From Oceanobacter mangrovi (GTDB lineage Bacteria; Pseudomonadota; Gammaproteobacteria; Pseudomonadales; Oceanobacteraceae), in contig NZ_JAHXZR010000002.1 of the NCBI RefSeq assembly GCF_019740315.1, forward strand, positions 1-64,000: a DNA stretch of 64,000 nt. Reading direction: 5' to 3'. The position numbers and the translations under genes are program-made. Below the pieces are notes generated by a model. It saw only the letters and a program-made list of their open reading frames with translations. It ran no database searches and was not told the origin of the DNA. Shown in pieces: positions 57,077 to 64,000 of the stretch. The first letter of the stretch is position 1. Each line of letters begins with the position of its first letter.

Positions 57077-58177
57077 ATGAAAAATAATAATATTGCCAAA
57101 CTTCTGCCGCTCGCGGCAGCCGTTGCCATCAGCTCACAGGCATCCGCCGCGATCACCTTGTACGATCATGAAGAGACCACTTTCTCCGTCGATGGCCTGT
57201 TCAACACTTTCTATGTGAACAGCGACTCCAGCGCTGACGGTGCCAACGACGTATCCCAGGCCCGGATCAAAATGGGCTTCCTGCCAAACGTGATTGGTTT
57301 TAACTTCAGCAAGCAGGTAGATGACCTCAAGCTGGGTGGCCGCTCGTCCTTCTGGGCGACCATCAACGACGGTAACTCCAACCTCACTGATTCCTTGATC
57401 GACACTCGTCAGTTCTACGCTACGGTAGACGGCAGCTTTGGTCAGATATTGATTGGTAAGGACTTTGCGCTGTTCAACCGCTCCAACATCCTCGGTGACG
57501 AAATCCTGCTGGGTTTCGGTCAGACCATGACCACCGGCGACGATGGCAACAATGTCTCGTTCGGTAATATTGGCGCTGGTTATCTGTATCCATTCCCGAA
57601 CTCCCAAATCACTTATCGGACCCCGGACATGGGCGGTTTTAACCTGGCGGTCGGCTTGATGGACCCGGCCAAGCGCGATGCCGCTTCTGAAGAAAGTCGC
57701 CCACGTATTGAAGCTGAAGCTTCCTACGCCACCGACTTTGACGGTGGTTCGGTGAAAGGCTGGCTCGGTTATATGAACCAGGAATCCAAACTGGCTGGTG
57801 ACGCCATGACCGCCAAAGGCGTTTCCTACGGTGTTAACGTCAAATTCGCTGGTTTGGCACTGACCGCATCTGGCTTCAAGGCTGATGGTGTTGGGACTGC
57901 TGGCCTGGGCAACCTGCTCACCACCAGTGATGGTGAGGTCGATGGTAAATTGCTGCAGGCTTCATACACCATCAACGGCACCCGTCTGGTACTGTCGCGC
58001 GGTGAAAACGATGGTGGTTCGACAGCCAATGCCAGTGATCTGGACCTGACCAACAAAACCTTTGCGGTCTTCCATTCCCTGAACAGTAATCTGACTTTGG
58101 TAGGTGAATACAACAAGGCAGAGACCGATACGGCCGAAATCAAAACCATCGCGCTGGGCGCAGTCGTGACCTTCTGA
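57077..58177 (+). CDS. Outer-membrane porin (general Gram-negative porin family)
   Basis: Signal peptide LAAAVAISSQASA; 366 aa with alternating beta-strand pattern; C-terminal ...GAVVTF ending in Phe. Confidence 0.7.
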   Translation: MKNNNIAKLLPLAAAVAISSQASAAITLYDHEETTFSVDGLFNTFYVNSDSSADGANDVSQARIKMGFLPNVIGFNFSKQVDDLKLGGRSSFWATINDGNSNLTDSLIDTRQFYATVDGSFGQILIGKDFALFNRSNILGDEILLGFGQTMTTGDDGNNVSFGNIGAGYLYPFPNSQITYRTPDMGGFNLAVGLMDPAKRDAASEESRPRIEAEASYATDFDGGSVKGWLGYMNQESKLAGDAMTAKGVSYGVNVKFAGLALTASGFKADGVGTAGLGNLLTTSDGEVDGKLLQASYTINGTRLVLSRGENDGGSTANASDLDLTNKTFAVFHSLNSNLTLVGEYNKAETDTAEIKTIALGAVVTF

Positions 58178-58242
58178 TCGACCCATTTGACCGGTGCCAG
58201 TCTGTCTGAGCCAAACAGACACAAGGCTACCAATTGGCAAAA

Positions 58243-58280
58243 CAAGGGATGGCCTGTGCCATCCCTTGTTGTTTGTGTCT
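58243..58280 (+). terminator. Rho-independent terminator of the porin gene
   Basis: CAAGGGATGGC-ctgt-GCCATCCCTTG (11-bp stem) followed by TTGTTTGTGTCT. Confidence 0.6.
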
Positions 58281-58504
58281 GGAAAAGATGGGCTTTAGCC
58301 AGGCAGCCAGTGCGGAACGCCTATTCCATCAGTTTCTGTAGCACTCCCCAAACCAGCCCGGAAGTCTCCGATTGGGGAACAAAACCCGGTGCTGAAGTAG
58401 CATATGCCGGGGTTTTGAAGCTGTTTAGACTGTGTTTCCGGTAGTAATCCGGTAACCTGATTTGCGATACACAACCATCCGGAGGAGCTATGCCAGGAGG
58501 ATCC

Positions 58505-59665
58505 ATGCTCGCGGTAGAAACTCAATGCTACGAGTCCGTCAGAACGGCCAGTTCGACTCAAACGGATGTAGTTCTGGCCGCGGATGAGGTGTACCAGGCG
58601 CTGGCGAATATTGAAATGAGCCAGGTGGTTTTTTTCTGCTCCAATGATTTTGATTTTGATGCGCTTGCCAAAGCCTTGCGGCAGCGGTTTGGCGATATCA
58701 ACCTGGTTGGTTGCACTACCGCCGGGGAAATTTCTCCTCTGGGCTATTGCAGTGGCAGCATCACAGCGATTGGTTTCCCGGCTTCATCCTTTGCCGTCAA
58801 GGCGGCGCTGGTATCCGATCTCGCCGAATTCAGTTTCACCGATGCCCAGACGCTGATTCACAGTATGCTCGACGACTGCGCTTCCCGTCAGGTGGCGCCG
58901 ATCAAGGGCAATACTTTTGCACTGACCCTGCTGGATGGCCTGTCGGTAGAAGAGGAACGCTTGCTGCGCTTGTTGAATGCCCATTTGGGCAGTATTCCCT
59001 TATTGGGTGGCTCGGCGGCAGACGATATGTGCCTGAGCAAAACCCACGTCTATTTTGATGGCCGCTTTTTAACTGATTCGGCCATTGTTTTGATGGTTAA
59101 TACCCGGTTCGATTTTGAAGCCTTCACCATCCATCACCTGTTGCCAACCGACGAAAAACTGGTGGTCACGGATGCCGATCCGATGGAACGGCGGGTGTTT
59201 GAAATCAATGCCGAGCCAGCGGCACTGGAATACGCCAGAGTACTGAATCTCGACGTTCATTCGCTCAACCCGGAAGTCTTTGCGCTGAATCCGCTGTCCG
59301 TGCGGATTGGAGACCGCTATTACCCGCGCGCGATCCAGAAGGTCAACGAAGATAACAGTCTGTCTTTTTATTGTGCTGTCGACACCGGCATTGTGCTGAC
59401 CTGTTCTCATGCAGGCGACATGCTGGAGCAGCTGGAAGGGCTGTTTCGCGACATTACACGCCGTATTGGTACGCCGCAGCTTATCCTCGGCTACGATTGT
59501 ATTTTGAGACGGATTGAACTGGAGCATAAACAACTGCACCAGCAGGCGTCTGAACTGTTTGCCCGTCACCGGGTAATCGGCTTCAACACTTACGGCGAGC
59601 AATTTAACGGTATGCACTTGAATCAAACCTTCACCGGCGTTGCGCTCGGGGGACCTGACTATTGA
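58505..59665 (+). CDS. FIST-domain sensor protein (FIST_N + FIST_C)
   Basis: About 386 aa; the FIST architecture is commonly found upstream of signalling proteins. Stop overlaps the start of the hybrid kinase (ATGA). Confidence 0.6.
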   Translation: MLAVETQCYESVRTASSTQTDVVLAADEVYQALANIEMSQVVFFCSNDFDFDALAKALRQRFGDINLVGCTTAGEISPLGYCSGSITAIGFPASSFAVKAALVSDLAEFSFTDAQTLIHSMLDDCASRQVAPIKGNTFALTLLDGLSVEEERLLRLLNAHLGSIPLLGGSAADDMCLSKTHVYFDGRFLTDSAIVLMVNTRFDFEAFTIHHLLPTDEKLVVTDADPMERRVFEINAEPAALEYARVLNLDVHSLNPEVFALNPLSVRIGDRYYPRAIQKVNEDNSLSFYCAVDTGIVLTCSHAGDMLEQLEGLFRDITRRIGTPQLILGYDCILRRIELEHKQLHQQASELFARHRVIGFNTYGEQFNGMHLNQTFTGVALGGPDY

Positions 59666-62286
59666 ATCCCGAGGTCGAGGATCTCAATCGCCAGCTGGCA
59701 GAACTGCAACAGGAAAATCAGCGCCTGAAGAAGATCAACCAGGCTCTGATGCAGCGGGTCGAAGCCGGGCCAGACAGTACCGATGGCGCGTACGATAACT
59801 TCAAGCACTCGGTGTTTCTGGCGGAACAGGTACGTGAGCGTACTGAAGCGCTGAATGAAGCCATGCACAGCCTCAAAAGTACCAACACCGAACTGGTACA
59901 GGCCAATGCTGCCGCCACGCATGCCCACGAACTGTTGAAGCAGGCCATCGAAAGTATTTCCGATGCCTTTGTGCTGTACGATGCCGAACGCAAGTTAGTG
60001 ATGGCTAACTCCCGTTTCAATCAGTTCTGGGTCAACTCCGGCATTGAAATCTGCCCGGGCATGGAGCAACAGCAGATCCACAAATTATCCCAGCGTCACC
60101 GGCTGATCGACCGTTATTACGGTGATTCAGTGGCGACCGCCCAGCGGGCTTTGCCGGGGGATGGAAAGGTCTTTCATATGCGCAGCGGCGCCTGGGTGCA
60201 CGTTAGTGAACGGCCAACCCAGGATGGTGGTTTGGTGGTTCTGTACAAAGACATCAGCGCCCTTATCGAAAACGAACGGGCCTTGCGTGAAGAAGCGCTG
60301 GCGAAAAAATCCCAGCTGCTGCAAAACACTCTGGATAACCTCTCGCAAGGGGTGGTGCTGGTTAACCGCAATCGTAAACCGGAAACCTGGAACCGGCGTT
60401 TTATCGAGTTGACGGGGCTGATCCAGAGCCAGCTCGACGACAGTGGTTCTTTCTTTGAGGTGATGGAGCAAACCGAGGTTTGTGACCTTAACCCCTGGTC
60501 CCGCGATGAATACGGCCAGCTCACCTTACAACGGGAACAGGTGTTGTCGGATGGACGGGTGTTAGAAATCAAGACCCATCCAATGCCGGGTGGGGCGTTT
60601 GTAAACACTTACACCGACATCACAGAACGCAGCCAGGCGGTGAAGGCGCTGGCTGAAAGTGAGCAGCGTATCCGGGTGATTACCGACACGGTTCCGGCCC
60701 TGATTGGTTATGTCGACAAGGACATGCAGCTGACCTTTTCCAACCGTGCCTATGAGCAATGGTATGGCTACGACCGCAAGGCGATCCTGGGTAAAAAACT
60801 TGATGAAACGGTTGGCGCCGAGCAGTTCAAACGTCTCAGACCTTATATCGAACGGGCGTTAAGTGGCCGCAGTGTGTCGTTTGAAATTACGGATCCTGCA
60901 CCCGATGGCGAAGTCCGCCATGTGGTGAAAAACTATGTGCCGGAATTTGATGAATACGGCGCGGTGCAGGGGTTGTACGTGCTGATCCAGGACATCACCG
61001 AAATCCGCCGGACTTCCGAGGCACTGGCGCAGGCCTATCAGCATCTGGAACAGCGAGTTGAGGATCGTACCCGCGCGCTGACCGAGCTGAACGGTCAGTT
61101 ACGGCAGGAAATCGATGAACGTCGGCAAATTGAAAACCGCTTGCGCGAAGCCAAACTGGATGCCGAGCAGGCCAACCACAGCAAGACCAAATTCCTCGCG
61201 GCGGCCAGTCATGACCTGCTGCAACCCATGAATGCAGCACGGCTGTTCTGTGCCTCGCTGATGGAACACCCGCTTGATGATCGCACCCGTCAGCTGGTCA
61301 ACTCACTGAGCTATTCGCTGGAAGACGTCGAAACCCTGCTGGCTGCCCTGGTTGATATTTCCAAGCTGGACGCCGGTGTAGTGAAACCGGATATCACGGC
61401 TTTTGGCGCCGGTGATCTGCTTGGTAACCTGGCCAATGAATACCGCACGCTGGCAGCAGATTCGGGTCTCGATTTTGAGTACATCGCCACCAGTTCAGTG
61501 ATTATGTCCGACTCCCAGTTGCTGGCGCGGATTCTGCGAAACTTCCTCACCAACTCAGTGCGTTACACCCCGAGGGGCAAGATCACCCTTGGCTGTCGTC
61601 GTCGCAAGGATGGCCTCGAAATCCAGGTGTGGGATACCGGTATGGGCATCGCCGAAGACAAGCTGGAAGAAATCTTTCTTGAGTTTAATCGCGGCAGCCA
61701 GAAAGACAGCGGGCGCGACAAGGGACTTGGTCTGGGGCTGGCGATCGTCGACAAGATGTCCGGCATTCTGAAAACACCCATCAAGGTGCGTTCGCGGCTC
61801 GGTTTTGGTTCCTGTTTCTCGGTGCTGGTGCCTTATGGTCGCAAGCAACAGGTACGGCGTGCCGCAACGCCTGGCTTCCTGTTACCGGGTAACCAGCAAT
61901 TCTGTGGGCGCCGGGCATTGGTGCTGGATAACGAAGCGTCTATTTGTCATGCCATGGAGGTGCTGCTCAGCAGCTGGGGTTTTGAGGTGCTGGCAGTGCA
62001 GAGCTACGAAGAACTCTTGTTATGTCGGGATGAGCTTGAGGCGGGTATCGATCTGATTCTGGCGGACTATCACCTTGACGACGGCGAAACCGGCATCGAC
62101 GCGGTGGCATTGATGCGCAGCGATCTGGGGCTGGAAGCTCCGGTGCTGATGATTACCGCCAACTACACCAACAGCCTCAAGCAGGAAGTGCGCGAGCAAG
62201 GCTACCGGCTGATGAACAAACCGGTACGCCCGGCCAAACTCAAGGCTATGATCCATCATATGCTGCAGCAGGCCGTGGTGGCCTGA
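59662..62286 (+). CDS. PAS-domain hybrid sensor histidine kinase/response regulator with N-terminal coiled coil
   Basis: N-terminal leucine-zipper-like LNRQLAELQQENQRLKKINQALMQR. Multiple PAS segments. H-box KTKFLAAASHDLLQPMNAARLF; HATPase; C-terminal REC (ALVLDNEASICHAMEVLL...DYHLDDGETG). Paralogue of 51021-52853. Confidence 0.8.
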   Translation: MNPEVEDLNRQLAELQQENQRLKKINQALMQRVEAGPDSTDGAYDNFKHSVFLAEQVRERTEALNEAMHSLKSTNTELVQANAAATHAHELLKQAIESISDAFVLYDAERKLVMANSRFNQFWVNSGIEICPGMEQQQIHKLSQRHRLIDRYYGDSVATAQRALPGDGKVFHMRSGAWVHVSERPTQDGGLVVLYKDISALIENERALREEALAKKSQLLQNTLDNLSQGVVLVNRNRKPETWNRRFIELTGLIQSQLDDSGSFFEVMEQTEVCDLNPWSRDEYGQLTLQREQVLSDGRVLEIKTHPMPGGAFVNTYTDITERSQAVKALAESEQRIRVITDTVPALIGYVDKDMQLTFSNRAYEQWYGYDRKAILGKKLDETVGAEQFKRLRPYIERALSGRSVSFEITDPAPDGEVRHVVKNYVPEFDEYGAVQGLYVLIQDITEIRRTSEALAQAYQHLEQRVEDRTRALTELNGQLRQEIDERRQIENRLREAKLDAEQANHSKTKFLAAASHDLLQPMNAARLFCASLMEHPLDDRTRQLVNSLSYSLEDVETLLAALVDISKLDAGVVKPDITAFGAGDLLGNLANEYRTLAADSGLDFEYIATSSVIMSDSQLLARILRNFLTNSVRYTPRGKITLGCRRRKDGLEIQVWDTGMGIAEDKLEEIFLEFNRGSQKDSGRDKGLGLGLAIVDKMSGILKTPIKVRSRLGFGSCFSVLVPYGRKQQVRRAATPGFLLPGNQQFCGRRALVLDNEASICHAMEVLLSSWGFEVLAVQSYEELLLCRDELEAGIDLILADYHLDDGETGIDAVALMRSDLGLEAPVLMITANYTNSLKQEVREQGYRLMNKPVRPAKLKAMIHHMLQQAVVA

Positions 62287-63237
62287 CTAGCTGCCAATCG
62301 TCAACACCAGTCGCTCCGGCCCGGTGTACTGCCAGGCCTCGCTGACCTGTTCCAGCGGCATGGTGTGGGTGGCAATTTGCAATCCGGCCGGGCGAGCCAT
62401 CTGCAGCACCTGTCCGATACAGTAAAGCAAGGCGGCGTTACTGACGCTGCCCAGGCCGCTGCCCATCAGTTGCAGGTTCTTGCTGCGTAAAATACTGGCG
62501 TTTAGAGGAATATCTGCACCCGCCAACGAGCCGATATTGACGAACTTCAGGGCATTGGTCATCGCTGTATTGGCCGCCGCGGTCAAAATAGCAGCGGCTG
62601 GCGTTCCCCATAAATAGTCCAGCACGATGTCGATGCCAGACTGGATCATGCTCTCTTTAAGTCGGGCAATCAGCTGCTCGTGCGGTTGTGCCAAGCAGAT
62701 AAACTCATCGGCTCCAAGCGCCAGCAGGCTGCTTTCTTCGGCAGCGTTACGAGCGCTGGCAATAATTTTGCCAGCCCCCAGATAGCGGGCAATCTGGATC
62801 GCCAGCCGGCCGGAAGCACCGGCGGCACCATTGATCAGCACATTGTCACCAGACTTGAAACCAGCCCGATATTGCAACGCTGCCACAGACGACATCCCCG
62901 GGTTTCCCAGTGCCGCAGCAGTGACGTCGTCCAGATCATCGGGTACCGCGACACATTGGCTGCGTTTGACCAACGTTTGTTCTGCCATTGACCCCATTGG
63001 CGGAAACGCAAAAAACACCCGTTCGCCCGATGCCAGTCTGCCAACGCCATCAACACCTGGTACAAACGGCAACGATAGGTTGGCACTGTAATGACGGCCA
63101 GATGCTTTGGCCCTGACCAGCTGACTGATCGTGCTTGCTGTTGGATACACCAGCAGATCGTCAGCTTGTGGGGTAGGAGCATCGGTGATGCCAAAAACAG
63201 GCGGGTTATTGAGGTCGGTTACAAGTGCGGCTTTCAT
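62287..63237 (-). CDS. Zinc-type alcohol dehydrogenase-like / NADPH:quinone oxidoreductase (MDR superfamily)
   Basis: MKAALVTDLNNPP...; Rossmann GAAGASGRLAIQIARYLGA. Start at 63235-63237. Confidence 0.8.
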   Translation of the reverse strand: MKAALVTDLNNPPVFGITDAPTPQADDLLVYPTASTISQLVRAKASGRHYSANLSLPFVPGVDGVGRLASGERVFFAFPPMGSMAEQTLVKRSQCVAVPDDLDDVTAAALGNPGMSSVAALQYRAGFKSGDNVLINGAAGASGRLAIQIARYLGAGKIIASARNAAEESSLLALGADEFICLAQPHEQLIARLKESMIQSGIDIVLDYLWGTPAAAILTAAANTAMTNALKFVNIGSLAGADIPLNASILRSKNLQLMGSGLGSVSNAALLYCIGQVLQMARPAGLQIATHTMPLEQVSEAWQYTGPERLVLTIGS

Positions 63238-63321
63238 GGAGTTCCTGCTACTGTTGTTATCTGGAATGCAGCGCATTTTGGCCATAAACTGGCTGGCGAA
63301 CTTTCAGAATCCAGTCATTCT

Positions 63322-64000
63322 ATGCAGAAAACCCGACACGATTGGCAACGAGTGCCCCTGATTACGCTGCCTGAAGGCAAGCCATCTCGACCCGTGAGCG
63401 TGCTGTATCGCAATTTGCAGCCACAGACGGTTGTTGCTGCCCATGCTCATAATTGGGGGCAGCTGGTTTATTGTCGCCAGGGCGTGCAGGACGTGATTAC
63501 CCCGGAGGGACGTTTTTTGATTCCGCCGGACCGTGCTGTCTGGGTTCCGCCCAATGAACCTCACGAAATCTCGACGCTTTATGGCGCTGAAATTTCCAGT
63601 ATTTATATAACTCCGGAAGCGGCAGTTGATTTGCCTGCACACTGCAAGGTGCTGGAAGTCTCGCAGTTGCTGCGGGCTTTGATTCTCGAAGCGCTCAAAC
63701 AACCGGTCGACTATGACTGGCACAGCCCGGTTGGACGGCTGTTCAGAACCCTGCGTGACCAGATCGCAGCGGCTCCAGAAGCACCGTTACACCTGCCGTT
63801 ACCGGTCGATTCAAGGCTGCGTAATATTGCCTATCAGCTGGAGCAAGACCCAGGACTGGATTTAACACTGGCGCAATGGGGGGAACGAGTAGGGGCGTCT
63901 GAACGAACCTTGCAACGACTGTTTCAGAAAGAAGCCCGTATGACCTTTCAACAGTGGCGGCAACAGCTGCGCTTACAGGTGGCACTGGAGCGACTGGTCG
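63322..64000 (+). CDS. AraC-family transcriptional regulator (N-terminal cupin + C-terminal HTH), 3'-truncated by the window edge. Not in the ORF track because no stop codon lies in the window.
   Basis: Open frame from ATG 63322 to the window end: MQKTRHDWQRVPLITLPEGKPSRPVSVLYRNLQP...AHAHNWGQLVYCRQG (cupin) ... LTLAQWGERVGASERTLQRLFQKEARMTFQQWRQQLRLQVALERL (AraC HTH). Confidence 0.75.
   Translation, partial: MQKTRHDWQRVPLITLPEGKPSRPVSVLYRNLQPQTVVAAHAHNWGQLVYCRQGVQDVITPEGRFLIPPDRAVWVPPNEPHEISTLYGAEISSIYITPEAAVDLPAHCKVLEVSQLLRALILEALKQPVDYDWHSPVGRLFRTLRDQIAAAPEAPLHLPLPVDSRLRNIAYQLEQDPGLDLTLAQWGERVGASERTLQRLFQKEARMTFQQWRQQLRLQVALERLV

Noticed and set aside
63304-63985. Minus-strand ORFs 63304-63723 and 63743-63985
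   Set aside because: The + strand frame encodes a clear AraC-family regulator across the same region. The minus-strand products have no motif and a Arg/Gln-rich shadow composition.
1-64000. CRISPR arrays, rRNA genes, canonical tRNA genes, integrase genes
   Set aside because: No regularly spaced short direct-repeat arrays were found. There is no rRNA-like conserved sequence. No full-length tyrosine or serine recombinase is present, and only transposase fragments occur at the left edge.

Overview
This is a high-GC (~60%) chromosomal window, probably from a gammaproteobacterium (the pqqABCDE-pqqH plus PAS hybrid-kinase neighbourhood resembles Pseudomonadales/Oceanospirillales). About 55 genes are packed densely on both strands. 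The left edge carries remnants of two different IS transposases (IS3-family and ISL3-family C-terminal fragments). These are followed by an RNA-repair locus: rtcR (CARF + sigma54 activator) is divergent from a sigma54-type promoter, then a roughly 300-nt leader containing a 72-nt tRNA-like cloverleaf, then an SPFH/band-7 gene, rtcB and rtcA. Next comes a tightly coupled five-gene minus-strand cluster matching the uncharacterised E. coli yehI-yehL-yehM-yehP-yehQ set (giant DUF4132 protein, MoxR AAA+ ATPase, DUF5682-like, VWA, SWIM zinc finger). It is followed by a second envelope-associated operon: TelA, an XpaC-like membrane protein, two paralogous substrate-binding-like::OmpA fusions and a VWA lipoprotein, plus a Coq4-like gene. 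The remainder is mostly housekeeping or accessory metabolism. It includes flavin-dependent redox enzymes, a glycine-betaine binding protein, a truncated haemoglobin, OYE and aldo-keto reductases, LysR regulators and an MFS transporter. A complete pqqABCDE + S9 peptidase operon is present, with a 23-codon pqqA that the ORF track missed. Beyond it are cytochrome b and cytochrome c', a divergent biotin locus (bioA versus bioF-H-C-D), two paralogous PAS hybrid histidine kinases (one after an Fe-ADH gene, one after a FIST sensor gene), an orphan NosR/NirI-like membrane regulator, a porin, a quinone oxidoreductase and a partial AraC regulator at the right edge. A roughly 75-90 bp triple-hairpin REP-like element occurs three times in intergenic regions. 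Several tandem, direct and periodic repeats and candidate terminators, attenuators and operators are listed below. No CRISPR array or rRNA was seen. The two strongest candidates for uncharacterised systems are the yeh-like AAA/VWA/SWIM cluster and the TelA-XpaC-SBP::OmpA-VWA operon, together with the tRNA-like element in the rtc leader.
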